64,000 bases of DNA from contig NC_090373.1 of assembly GCF_036365525.1 (NCBI RefSeq), positions 11,791,221-11,855,220 of the forward strand. The letters run 5' to 3'. A program made the translations under genes and the position numbers. Positions 11,717-23,879 of the stretch are shown here, piece by piece. The notes below the pieces were generated by a model that saw only the letters and a program-made list of their open reading frames with translations, was not told the DNA's origin and ran no database searches. Source of the DNA: Heterodontus francisci (lineage: Eukaryota). Within the stretch, counting starts at the first letter, position 1, and the number at the start of each line of letters is the position of its first letter.

Positions 11717-12064
11717 GTAAGTATTGTACAAATTTCTGCTTCACTCCTTTTACGTTTTCACTTAGTGAACTGGGTCTTCTTAAGCTACAGAAGTGTAGAC
11801 TTTGAGGCGATTTGATTGATCTTTAAAACAATGGAAGGATTGGATTCAGTCCAAGTGCATAAACTAATTCATTTAGCTAGATTAGGCTGCTGGTGGTTGG
11901 GAGGACAGCACAATGCTGTTACTTTTGCACCATGACCAGATGGGACTATTGATGGACCAGCTGGCCTTTTCCTCTCTGTTATTTTCATACGTTCTCAGAC
12001 AACATGTTTGCAGGACACAGTGGCTCCTGTGTAGTTGCAAATCATGCAATGTGTTTAGAGACAT

Positions 12065-12940
12065 AGAGAGTCATAGAGTTATACAGTGCAGAAATAGGCC
12101 CTTCTGCCCAATGCATCAGTGCCAGCCATCAAGCACCCATCCAATCTAATCCTATTTTCCAGCACTTGGCCCGTAGCCTTGTATGCTGTGGCATTTCAAG
12201 TGCTCATCTAAATAATTCTTAAATGTTGTGAAGGTTCCTGCCTCAACCACCCCTTCAGGCAGTGCGTTCCAGATTCCAACCACCCACTGGGTGAAAAATA
12301 TTTTCCTCAAATCCCCTCTAAACCTTAAATCTATGCCCCCTAGTTATTGACCCCTCTACTAAGGGAAAAAGTTTCTTCCTGTTTTTCCTATTAATGCCCC
12401 TCATAATTTTGTATACCTCAATCAGGTCCCCCCTCAGCCTTCTCTGCTCCAAGGAAAACAACCCTAGCCTATCCAGTCTCTCTTCATAGCTGAAATGCTC
12501 CAGCCCAGGCAACATCCTGGTGAATCTCCTCTGCACCCTCTCCAATGCAATCACGCCCTTCCGATAGTGTGGCGACCAGAACTGTACACAGTACTCCAGC
12601 TGTGGCCTAACTAGCATTTTATACAGCTCCATCATAACCTCCCTGCTGCTATATTCTGTGCCTTGGCTAATAAAGGCAAGTATCCCTTATGCCTTCGTAA
12701 CCACCTTATCTACCTGTGCTGCTGCCTTCAGTGATCTATGGACAAGTACACCAAGTCCCTCTGACCCTCTGTACTTCCTGGGGTCCTACCATCCATTGTA
12801 TATTCCCTTGCCTTGTTACACCTCCCAAAATGCATCACCTCACACTTCTCAGGATTAAATTCCACTTACCACAGCTCCGCCCATTTTACCAGCCCATCGA
12901 TATCATCCTGTAATGTAAAGCTTTCCTCCTCACTGACTAG
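12065..12940 (-). mobile_element. Classical CR1 LINE 3' fragment
   Basis: LYKMLVRPQLEYCVQFWSP...LEQRRLRGDLIEVYKI..TRGH. Confidence 0.9.
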
Positions 12941-13504
12941 TCGAGGCAATTTTCATCATCTGCTAATTCTCACCAACTATATTTCTCTTTTTTTAAATCT
13001 GTTTGGTTTATATATTACATTTATGTAACCATATAGATGCTGTCTTATACATATTAGGTTAAATATTAAATGTTTGCTAAATGGAAAAAAAATCCATATA
13101 TACACAATTTACACAGCTAGGCTTTACAGACTTGATATGAATCGAATGTCTTTCCATAATATACAAATTTCAATGGATTTCAGAGTTAAATCACAGGGTG
13201 ATGTGAAGATGGATGAATATTCTGGATTTGGCAATGATTTGGCAATGATTAGAAAGCAGGAAGTATTTATGCAGATACTTTCTCTCAGAGTAGACAATTG
13301 GTGAGGTAACTCCATGAGAAGAGTGGTTGGAAGCAGTTTGAGGAAAGTGTGGGAATGATGACCTGAATGGCATTTTCTCATTCATTTTGTTTTCTGTTCT
13401 TACTTAGATTTAAAAAATCACTGACGGGTGGACAAGGCATATTTGCTCATATAGACATCTTAATAATTCCTGAAAAACACAAGACTTATTTACCACAACT
13501 ATAA

Positions 13505-13830
13505 AAGCAAAATACTGCAGATGCTGGCAATCTGAAATAAAAACAGAAAATGCTGCAAATACTCAGCAGGTCTGAGAGCATCATGTAGAGAGAGAAAGAG
13601 AGTTAATGTTTCAGGTCATCAGAACTAGAAGAAGTTAACGATGTAATAGGTTTTAAGCAAGTACAGAGGCAGGGAGAGGAGAGGGGAGGAAAGTATAAAA
13701 GGGGAAGGTCTGTGATAGGGTGGAGGTCAGGAGAGTTTAAATGACAGTAATGATGGTGGAAGACAAAAGGAGATGGTAATGGGACAAGTAATGGTTACAG
13801 CAGAATCATCACCAACAGTTGAAAAAATGA
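13505..13830 (-). mobile_element. Penelope-like pseudo-LTR / 3' end fragment
   Basis: Matches 9250-9600 (aaatactgcagatgctgg...cagcaggtctg). Confidence 0.75.
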
Positions 13831-13914
13831 GAGTACAAGATTAGGCTTCTGTAGAAGGCCATTAAAAAAAATTGCCATGGGAAACAGTTTCTCTTTGTGC
13901 ACTCTATCTAAACC

Positions 13915-14275
13915 GTTTCTGATTTCCTTGTTTTCAAATCCCTTCATTTCCTCGCCCATCCCTTTCTCTGTAATCTCCTCCGGCCCCACAATTCTCCAAG
14001 ATCTCTGTGCTCCGCTAATTCTGGACTCTTGAGCAAGCCCGATTTTAATCATTCCACCATTGCTGGCTGCTCTGGAATTTCCTCCCTAAACCTCTCCACC
14101 CCTCTATCTTCTCTTTCCTCCGTTAAGACACTCCTTAAAACTTACCTCTTTGACCAAGCTTTTGACCATCTGCCCTAATATCTCTTTATGTGGCTTGGTG
14201 CCAAATACTCTTGCGATGCGCCTTGGGATGCTTTGTTACATTAAAGGTGCTATATAAATATAAGTTGTTGTTGTT
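13915..14275 (+). mobile_element. L2-like LINE 3' end
   Basis: ctccttaaaacttacctctttgaccaagctttt...aaaggtgctatataaat plus (gtt)n tail. Confidence 0.65.
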
Positions 14276-15612
14276 TAAACACATCTATCAAATCTCCTCC
14301 TTACCCTTCTTTGTTCTGAGGAGAACAACCCCAGTTTCTTCAGTCTATCCATGTAACGGTAATCCCTCATCCCTGGAACCATTCTGGTCAGTCTCTTCTG
14401 TACCCTCTCCAAAGCGTTCACCACCTTCCTAAAGTGTGGTGCCTAGAAACAGCCACAGTTCTCTAGATGGGGCTGAACTAATGCTTTATAATGGTTTAGT
14501 ATAACTTTGTAGGCTCAACACGAGTTACATATTGTAGCATTTTAGCAGCACAATAATACCTTGTGCGCTCCATGATATCACTCATTAATCTGCTGCTGTT
14601 CTTATAGAATACAGTCTAGTATGAGCAGCACCATGAGATATCAGCTGTAGGTAGTGGAACTGGTGCAACACAAACTTGAGAAGCTCTCACTGGAACCTCA
14701 GTCGCACCAGTCATATGATTGACATTTGGATGCGGGTGAACTTAGAGGAAACTCTGACCCATGCAAAGAATTTCAGTGTGAAGCAGCATCAAATACTGTT
14801 GGAGTGCTGTTGGACCACGTAATCACACATGTGCAGAACCTTGCTGGGCTGAGCAGAGAGTGCTGTAAAGTTGGCAGCATAATTCAACACTGCCAACTCT
14901 GCTTTGTCTGACTGGCACCTGTGATATAACAATTCCATTTTTTACATTGAGCCAGGATCAGAAACTCCATGCAATGGAAGTAAATGGGATATTCCTTGCA
15001 ATACTAGGAGCTCTTGGCAAGGATTAACGTTTTGAGTTTGCTCCTCCTAATCTTCAAATATACCACAAATGCCTCCTTTCCTACTGCCTCGCTGCTTTGC
15101 AGTTATGACCCATGGCATTGTCTCCCCTTCTAACTCTGCCAACCGGATCACGACCATGACAAGAAAGGATGCAATTTTCAAGCATCAAATGTGGAGAGAT
15201 AGCGCTCAATAACTTATCACATCATGGTTCAATCTGCAGCCTGTTGAGATGAGTCAGTGGTGGCCCTTCGAGGATTTCAAACAGAGCAAGTACCTTCCCT
15301 GAAGTTATGTGACATTGTGGTTCCCAATCTTAAAGGGGGGAAGAGAAAAGGCAAATTGAGTGCTGTGATTTGATAATGCCAAACTCTGGTTTTAAAAGCG
15401 TTAAGATTGCAGACAGAAGAAAAAAATACTAAGAGTGATATGTAGTCCCACACTCTGGAGGTCCTGGGATGGGTGGATGACAGTAAAGTGAGCCTTGATT
15501 TCAACACTGAGAAGATACAGAGACAAGAAGCTCGCGATTGCAGATAAGAGGCTGAAATTTGTACTTGCTTAAAGCTCCACCGATTCTGAGATTTTGCTTT
15601 TCAATTTTCCAG

Positions 15613-15759
15613 CTTGGTAAACCTGGTGAGGTTGGACTTCGTGGCAAGGATGGGATTCGTGGTCTGCCGGGTGTACAGGGCCCCCTCGGCGCTATCGGAC
15701 CACGAGGTTTACAAGGAGATCGTGGGCTTACCGGCCTACCTGGGAACCAGGGACCCCCT
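15613..15759 (+). CDS. COL9A1: COL9A1(-like) coding exon, 147 bp, end of COL2 helix ([11 protein letters not shown]...GNQGPP)
   Basis: ttttccag acceptor and gtaatt donor; 49 codons of Gly-X-Y; visible in ORF 15559..15924. Confidence 0.93.
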
Positions 15760-15881
15760 GTAATTATGAGTACAATTTTATGTTTGTTCATGCTCCACAG
15801 CATTCATTACATTTGCTTTACAAGTTCTGAGTTTTGCTTAGTCATTTGCTTTAATTCTTCTTTTAAAATGACTGTTCCTAG

Positions 15882-15936
15882 GGTAACGAGCCTACAGACC
15901 AACACATTAGACAAGTATGCATGAGAGTAATGCAAG
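15882..15936 (+). CDS. COL9A1: COL9A1(-like) coding exon, 55 bp, NC2 domain ([18 protein letters not shown])
   Basis: cctag acceptor and gtgagt donor; nearly identical to recalled human GRAPTDQHIKQVCMRVIQ, which is diagnostic for the alpha-1(IX) chain. Confidence 0.95.
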
Positions 15937-16074
15937 GTGAGTACCACTGTCTCAGGCTAAAATGCGTTTAAATAATCTACTATTTTGCAACAAAACACAG
16001 ACCTCTTATAGCACAAAGTAACAAAAGTTCAGTTAAAACCACCACAGCTCCTCACTAAAACACTTTAATACATC

Positions 16075-16795
16075 ATTACCCACCTGTATTATAGACAGAT
16101 TGATACTACATAATCCACCTGTGATATACACAGACTGATACACCATAATCTGCCTGTAATATACTCAGACTGATATACCAGTATCCACCTGTAGTATACA
16201 CAGACTGATACACCATAATCCACCTGTAAAATACACATACTGATATATCATTACTCACCTGTAATATACACAGACAAATATACCATAACCAACCGGAATA
16301 TACACAGACTGATATACCATAATCCACTTGTAGTATACACAGACTGATACACGATAACCCACCTGTAATATACACAGACTAATATACCATTACGCACCTG
16401 TAATATACACTGAATGATATACCATAATGCACAAGCAATATACATAGACTGATACACCATAATGCACCTGTAATATACACAGACTATATACTATAATCCA
16501 TCTGTAATATACACAGACTGATATACCATTACCAACCTGTAGTATACAAACTGATGCACCATAACCCTCCTGTAATATACAGACTGATATACCATAATCT
16601 GCTGTATTATACACAGACTGATATAACATAATCCGCTTGAAATATACACTGACTCTACACCATAATCCACCTGTACTATACACAGACTGATGTACCATAA
16701 CCCACCTACAATATACATAGACTGATACACCCCAATGCACCTGTAATATACAAAGACTATATTACTAATCAACTGTACATTCAGTGGATGCACCA
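16075..16795. repeat. Minisatellite, unit about 35-37 bp (ccacctgtaatatacacagactgatataccataat), roughly 19-20 diverged copies
   Basis: Directly visible tandem units without unique spacers. Confidence 0.92.
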
Positions 16796-16869
16796 TTTTT
16801 AGAAACTTAACTTCTCATCACCAGGCAAGCTGGAGAAAAATTGTTTAATTCATTGACTCCAGCACATTA

Positions 16870-17072
16870 ATTATTTGTCTCAGGTTTTTATCCCTCAATC
16901 AACATCACTAAAACAGATGATCTGGTCATTAATACATTCCTGTTTGTGTGCAAATTGCCTGCGACATTTCCTACATTACAACAGTGAATAATACCCTTCA
17001 AAAAAAATATTTAATTGGCTGTAAAGCACATTGAGATGCCCTGAAGTTATGAAAGGTGCTATATAAATGTAG
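16870..17072 (+). mobile_element. DeuSINE-like (AmnSINE1/SacSINE1-type) 3' fragment
   Basis: aaaacagatgatctggtcatt...tttcctacattacaacagtga...aaaggtgctatataaatg resembles the Deu core as I recall it; related minus-strand pieces lie at about 27672-27775 and 28615-29100. Confidence 0.6.
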
Positions 17073-18251
17073 GAGAAAGGCAGGAGACATTAAATGACAA
17101 AAGGGATGAAGGTGCAAGGCAAAATGTGATGGTAATGGGACAAGAAACAAAAGGGTCAAGAGGATCTGTAAATGGGAAGAGTGAAATCATCATTAGCATC
17201 CGATGTCCAAAAGAAACAGGAGCAGTGGTTATGGTGTGAAATTGCTGAACTCTCTGTTGATGCTGGAAGGTCACAAAGTGCCTAATGGATCGATGAGGCT
17301 CTGTCCCTTACGCTGCCACTGAGCTTCATTAACTTTAAATTAAGAGGAGTAAGAGCTTGGTGAGGCAAGGTCTTTATTGCAAAATCACCCCCAAGCTGCA
17401 CACAATTTTACACTTATTAGAACCAGTGAATGGCCTTGCCTGGCGCGAAAGAGGAAAATCTGCCCAATTGTTTTCATAAATCCAAGTGTGGCTCCTGAAT
17501 GAGTTTTAGCACAAGCAGAGGTGGAATTAAGACCGAAGGATTGGTGTAGAGGGGAGAGTCCACATTTGGCCAACTTGGCACAGCATGGCCAGAGTGAGGT
17601 CCTTCAATGCTATTGACGCCAGACTCCAAATTGACACTGCAAGCATGATTGGGAATTTAGAAGTTAAACGAGTAAATTATTTGTGGCCAGTTTTGACTGG
17701 GTCGTGCCATAAAAATGGACCAACCTCAAACTGATTGGAGGGGTGCAGGGTCATTCCCCCCTTCCCCCCAACCCCTCTCTGTCTCTGCCACTGAAGACAA
17801 GGGCCATAAAATTTGGTTGCGTAGCTCGCTTATTTGTGGCACTACAGGTACTATTGGAGTTCCGTGCCATGTGGTGCACCTCTTGTGGGCCCAGCTAGAT
17901 GCCATGTTGGGTAGATTGTTAGAGCGGGCACTGGGAGCGTTCACTGGAAGTATGCAGAGCAGACTGATCGGGATGTTAGTGAGTGTGTAACATTGATTTG
18001 ATTGCAGTGTTGCCATTTTCAACCTCAGTGTTCCAGCTAATGCCTCTCTTAACCTTGCACAGCTGACCATGTGTTCAGCAGTAGGAAGGACTCCCCAGCA
18101 GTGCTATTTAAAGGTGTCATCAGCCAGTTTCAGGTTAGTTGCTGATTGATTTCTACTGGTTGTAGCTGAGTTAGTAGAAATGTTTGGAGGTTTGTACTCT
18201 TTAAAGTTGGTGAAGTCTACAGGGAGTGGGTGTGGCACATAGTGAAGGGTT

Positions 18252-19785
18252 TGGTTCAATGAAGAGTGCAGGAGAGCATGCCAGGAGCAGCACCAGGCGT
18301 ACCTAAAAATAGGGTGCCAACCTGGCGAAGCTGCAACACAGGACTAGATACATGTGAAACAGCCGAAGCAGCATGCTATAGACAGAGCTAAGCGATCCCA
18401 CAACCAACGGATCAGATCAAAGCTCTGCAGTCCTGCCATATCCAGTCGTGAATGTTGGCGGACAATTAAACAACTAAACAAAGGAGGAGACTCCACAAAT
18501 ATCCCCTTCTTCGATGATGGGGGAGCCCAGCACATCAGTGCAAAAGACAAGGCTGAAGCATTTGCATCATTGTCGGCCAGAAGCGCCAAGAGGATGATCC
18601 ATCTCGGCCTCTTCCTGAGGTCTCCAGCATCACAGATGCCAATCTTCAGCCAATCCGATTCACTCTACATTGATATCAAGAAATGGCTGAAGGCACGGGA
18701 TACAGGAAAGGCTATGGGCCCTGACAACTTGCCAGCTGTAGTACTGAAGACTTGTTCTCCAGTATTAGCTGCACCTATAGCCAAGCTGTTCCAGTACAGC
18801 TACAACACTGGCATCTACCCAACAATGTGGAAAACTGTCCAGGTATATCCTGTCCTCAAAAATCAGGAAAAATCCAACCCGGCCAATTGCCACCCCATCA
18901 GTCTACTGTCAAACATCAGCAAAGTGATGGAAGGTGGCACTGACAGTGCTATCAACCGGCACTTACTCCGCAATATCCTGCTCACTGATGCTCAATTTGT
19001 GTTCTGCCAGGGCCACTCAGCTCCATAGCTCATTACAGCCTTAGGACAAACATGGACAAAAGAGCTGAATTCCAAAAGTGAGGTGAGACTGACTGCCCTT
19101 GACATCAAGGAAGCATTTGACCGAGTATGGCATCAAGGAGCCCTAGCAAAACTGAAGTCAATGGGAATCAGGGGGAAAACTCTTCACTGGCTGGAGTCAT
19201 ACCTAGCACAAAGGAAGATGGTTGTGGTTGTTGGAGGTCAATCATCTTAGCTCCAGGACATCACTGCAGGAGTTCTTCAGGGTAGTGTCCTAGGCCCAAC
19301 CATCTTCAGCTGCTTCATCAATGACCTTCCTTCAATCATAAGGTCAGAAGTGGGGATGTTCGCTGATGATTGCACAATGTTCAGCACCATTTTCAACTCC
19401 TCAGATACTGAAGACGCCCATGTCCAGATGCAGCAAGACCTGGACAGCTTTCAGGCTTGGGCTGATAAGTTGCAAGTAACATTCACGCCACGCAAGTGGC
19501 AATGACCATCTCCAGCAAGAGAGAATAAAACCTTCCCTTGACATTTAATGGCCTTCCCATCACTGAATCCCCACTATTAACATCCTAGGGGTTACCATTG
19601 ACCAGAAACTGAACTGGAGTAGCCATATAAATACCGTGGCTACAAAAGCAGGTCAGAGACTGGGAATTCTGAGGCGAGCAACTCACCTCCTGTCTCCCCA
19701 AAACCTGTCCACCATCTACAAGGCACAAATCAGGAGTGTGATGGAATACTCTCCACTTGCCTGGATGAGTGCAGCCCCAACAATA
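18252..19785 (+). mobile_element. Internal fragment of the same CR1-group LINE family (RT region)
   Basis: Colinear with about 21388-22910; MFADD region present; stops and frameshifts. Confidence 0.9.
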
Positions 19786-20140
19786 CCCAATACCGGGCTA
19801 GGCAGAAGCGGGTTTGCCACCAACTTTTATGTCGGTGGCGAATTCCCATCCGCCTAAGGAAAAATCCAGCCCAATAGATTAATAGATTAAGTGTATGGGC
19901 AAAACTGTGGCAAATGGATTTCAATGTAGGCCTTTGTAGGGTCATCCACTTTGGATCTAAAAAGGATAGAACTGGGTACTTTCTAAATGGCGAAATGCTA
20001 GAAATTCTGGAGTCCAAAGAGACTTGAGGGTCCAGGTACACAGACCATTAAAATACTATGAACAAGTACAGAATATAATCAAAAAGGCTAATGGAATGAT
20101 GGCCTTTGTATATAGAGGACTGGAATACTAGAATAGGTGG

Positions 20141-20215
20141 TGGCGTAGTGGTATTGTCACTGGACTACTAACCCAGAGACCCTGGGTATTGGTCTGGGGA
20201 CATGGGTTCGAATCC
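20141..20215 (+). promoter_or_regulatory. Type 2 RNA polymerase III internal promoter (A box TGGCGTAGTGG, B box GGTTCGAATCC)
   Basis: Direct match to the canonical tRNA A-box and B-box consensus. Confidence 0.85.
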
Positions 20216-20435
20216 CACCACAGCAATTAATAAATCTGGAATTAAAAAGCTAGTCTAATGATGGCAATGAAACCATTGTCGATTGTTGTAAAAACCATCT
20301 GGTTCACTAATGTCCTTTAGGGAAGGAAATCTGCTGTCCTTACCTGGTCTGGCCGACTTGTGACTCCAGACCCACAGCAATGTGGTTGACTCTTACATGC
20401 CCTCTGAAATGGCCTAGCAAGCCACTCAGTTGTAA

Positions 20436-23313
20436 CTAACTGCTACGAAGTCAATAAAAAGGAATGAAACCGGACGGACCACCCGGCATCGACCTAGGAA
20501 CCGGAAACGACAATGGCAAACCCAGCCCTGTCGACCCTGCAAAGTCCTCCTTACTAACATCTGGGGGCTTGTGCAAAAGTTGGGAGAGCTGTCCCACAGA
20601 CTAATCAAGCAACAGCCTGACATAGTCATACTCACAGAATCATACCTTACAGACAATATCCCAGACACTGCCATCACCATCCCCGGGTATGTCCTGTCCC
20701 ACCGACAGGACAGACCCAGCAGAGGTGGTGGCACAGTGGTATACAGTAGGGTGGGAGTTGCCCTGGGAGTCCTCAACATTGACTCTGGACCCCATGAAGT
20801 CTCATGGCATCAGGTCAAACATGGACAAGGAAACCTCTTGCTGATTACCACCTACTGCCCTCCCTCAGCTGATGAGTCAGTACTCCTCCATATTGAACAG
20901 CACTTGGAGGAAGCACTGAGGGTGGCAAGGGCACAGAATGTACTCTGGGTGGGGGACTTCAATGTCCATCACCAAGAGTGGCTCGGTAGCACCGCTACTG
21001 ACCGAGCTGGCCAAGTACTAAAAGACAATATATGCCAGAAAGGGTATGTGGCAGGTGGTGAGGGAACCAACAAGAGGGGAAAACATACTTGACCTCGTCC
21101 TCACCAGATGCATCTGTACATGACAATAGTGGTAGGAGTGACCACTGCACAGTCCTTGTGGAGACAAAGTCCCACCTTCACATTGGCGATACCCGCCTTC
21201 ATGTTGTGTGGTACTACCACCGTGCTAAATGGGATAGATTTCGAACAGATCTAGCAATGCAAAACTGGGCATCCATGAGGCGCTGTGGGCCATCAGCAGC
21301 AGCAGAATTGTACTCAACCACAAACTGTAACCTCATGGCCCAGCATATCCCCACTCTACCATTACCATCAAGCCAGGAGACCAACCCTGGTTCAATGAAG
21401 AGTGCAGGAGAGCATGCCAGGAGCAGCACCAGGCATACCTCAAAATGAGTTGAAACCTGGTGAAGCTACAATACAGGACTATCTGCATGCCAAACTGCAT
21501 AAGCAGCATGCAATAGACAGAGCTAAGCGATCCCATAACCAACGGATCAGATCTAAGCTCTGCAGTCCAGCCACATCCAGTCGTGAATGGACAATTAAAC
21601 AACTAACTGGAGGAGGTGGCTCCACAAATATCCCCATCCTCAATGATGGGGGAGCCCAGCACATCAGTGTGAAAGATAAGGCTGAAGCATTTGCAACAAT
21701 CTTCAGCCAGAAGTGCCGAGTTGATGATCCATCTCGGACTCCTTCTGCAGACCCAGCTTCACAGGTGCCAGACTTCAGCCAATTCAATTCACTCCGCATG
21801 ATATCAAGAAACGACTGAAAGCACTGGATACTGCAAAGGCTATGGGCCCTGACAATATTCTGGCAATAGTACTGAAGACCTGTGCTTCAGAACTTGCCGC
21901 GCCCATAGCCAAGCTGTTGCAGTACAGCTACAACACTGGCATCTACCCTGCAATGTGGAAAATTGGCAAGGTATGTCCTGTACACAAAAAGCAGGACAAG
22001 TCCAACCCGGCCCATTACAGCCCCATCAGCCTACTCTCAATCATCAGTAAAGTGATGCAAGGTGTCATCAACAGTGCCATCAAGCGGCACTTGCTTAGCA
22101 ATAACCTGCTCAGTGACGCTCAGTTTGGGTTCCGCCAGAGCCACTCAGCTCCATATCTCATTACAGCCTTGGTTCAAACATGGACAAAAGAGCTGAATTC
22201 AAAAGGTGAGGTGAGAGTGACATCAAGGCAGCATTTTACCGAATATGGCATCAAGGAGCCCGAGCAAAACTGGAGTCAATGGGAATCAGGGGAAAAACCC
22301 TCCGCTGGCTGGAGTCATACCTAGCGCAAAGGAAGATGGTTGTGGTTGTTGGAGGTCAATCATCTGAGCTCCAGGACATCACTGCAGGAGTTCCTCAGGG
22401 TAGTGTCCGAGGCCCAACCATCTTCAGCTGCTTCATCAATGACCTTCCTTCAATCATAAGGTCAGAAGTGGGGATGTTCGCTGATGATTGCACAATGTTC
22501 AGCACCATTCGTGACTCCTCAGATACTAAAGCAGTCCGTGTAGAAATGCAGCAATACTTGAACAGTATCCAAGCCTGGGCTGATAAGTTGCAAGTAACAT
22601 TCACGCCACACAAGTGCCAGGCAATGACTATCTCCAACAAGAGAGAATCTAGCCATCTCCCCTTGACATTCAATGGCATTACCATCGCTGAATCCACCAC
22701 TATCAACATCCTAGGGGCTACCATTGATCAGAAACTGAACTGGAGTAGCCATATAAATACCATGGCTACAAGAGCAGGTAAGAGGCTGAGAATCCTGCGG
22801 CAAGTAATTCACCTCCTGACTCCCCAAAGCCTGTCTACCATCTACAAGGCACAAGTTAGGAGTGTGATGGAATACTCTCCACTTGCCTGGATGGGTGCAG
22901 CTCCAACAGCACTCAAGAAGCTCAACACCATCCAGGACAAAGCAGCCCGCTTGATTGACACCCCATCTACAAACATTTACTCCCTCCACCACTGACGCAC
23001 AGTGGCAGCAGTGTGTACCATCTACAAGATGCCCTGCAGAAACGCACCAAGGCTCCTTAGTCAGCACCTTCCAAACCCGCGACCTTTACTAACTAGAAGG
23101 ACAAGGGCAGCAAATGCATGGGAACATCACCACCTGCAAATTCCCCTCCTAGTCACACACCATCCTGACTTGGAACTATATCGCCGTTCCTTCACTGTCG
23201 CTGGGTCAAAATCCTGGAACTCCCTTCCTAACAGCACTGTGGGTGTACCTGCCCCACATGGACTGCAGCGGTTCAAGAAAGCGGCTCACCATCACCTTCT
23301 CAAGGGCAATTAG
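20436..23313 (+). pseudogene. Frameshifted APE-RT ORF of the tRNA-headed LINE
   Basis: ORF pieces 20571..21092, 21089..21448, 21402..21818, 21842..22324, 22279..22995 and 23002..23313 join into one endonuclease plus RT protein. Confidence 0.88.
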
Positions 23314-23879
23314 TGCTGGGCAATAAATGCTGGCATAGCCAGCGACGCTCACATCCCATGCATGAATAAAAAAAAACAATTGAGTAGAAATCGTGCTTCA
23401 GCTTAACAAAGCCCTGGTTAGACCACACCTGGAGCACTGTGAGCAGTTCTGGGCACTGCACCTTAGGAGGAATATATTGGTCTTGGAGGGAATGCAGTGT
23501 AGATTTACCAGGATGTTGCATGGATTCCAAAGGTTAAATTATGAGAACAGATCACACAAACTAGGGTTGTATTCTGTGATATTAAGGGGAACAAATAGAG
23601 TAGATAAGAGAGAATCTATTTCTGCTGCTTGGGGACTCTAAGACCAGGTGTCATAGTCTAAAAATTAGAACCAGAACTTTCAGGAGTGAAATTAGGAAAC
23701 ACTTCTACACATAAAGGATGATAGAAGTTTGGAACTCTCTTCTGCAAACAGCAGTTGATGCTAGACCAATTGTTAATTTTAAATTGGAGATTGATAGATT
23801 TTTGTTAAGCAAAGGTATTAAGGGATATGGGGCAAGGGAGGGTATATGGAGTTATGGAATGTGAAAAGTTGGATTAGGT

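Larger units (their letters stand above)
20133..23376 (+). mobile_element. Apparently full-length CR1-group LINE with a tRNA-like (Pol III) 5' head, a single degraded APE-RT ORF and an A-tail
   Basis: A box 20141-20151, B box 20205-20215; APE N-terminus KVLLTNIWGL...DIVILTES, VGDFN; RT VPQGSV, MFADD; ORF ends HHLLKGN* at 23313; 3' stem-loop gctggc-ata-gccagc; A-tail; sits inside an older CR1 that resumes on the far side. Confidence 0.88.
19873..23860 (+). mobile_element. Classical CR1 3' fragment (19873-20128 and 23377-23860) hosting the tRNA-headed LINE
   Basis: ...RGLEY before the insert and ..VEIVLQLNKALVRPHLEHC after it. Confidence 0.85.

Noticed and set aside
16075-16795. CRISPR-like periodicity of about 36 bp
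   Set aside because: Units are contiguous and diverged with no unique spacers, there are no cas genes, and the context is a vertebrate intron. It is a minisatellite.
20133-20225. Functional tRNA gene (also at the other SINE heads)
   Set aside because: A and B boxes are present, but I see no convincing cloverleaf and no T-run terminator, and the head continues into a repeat body.
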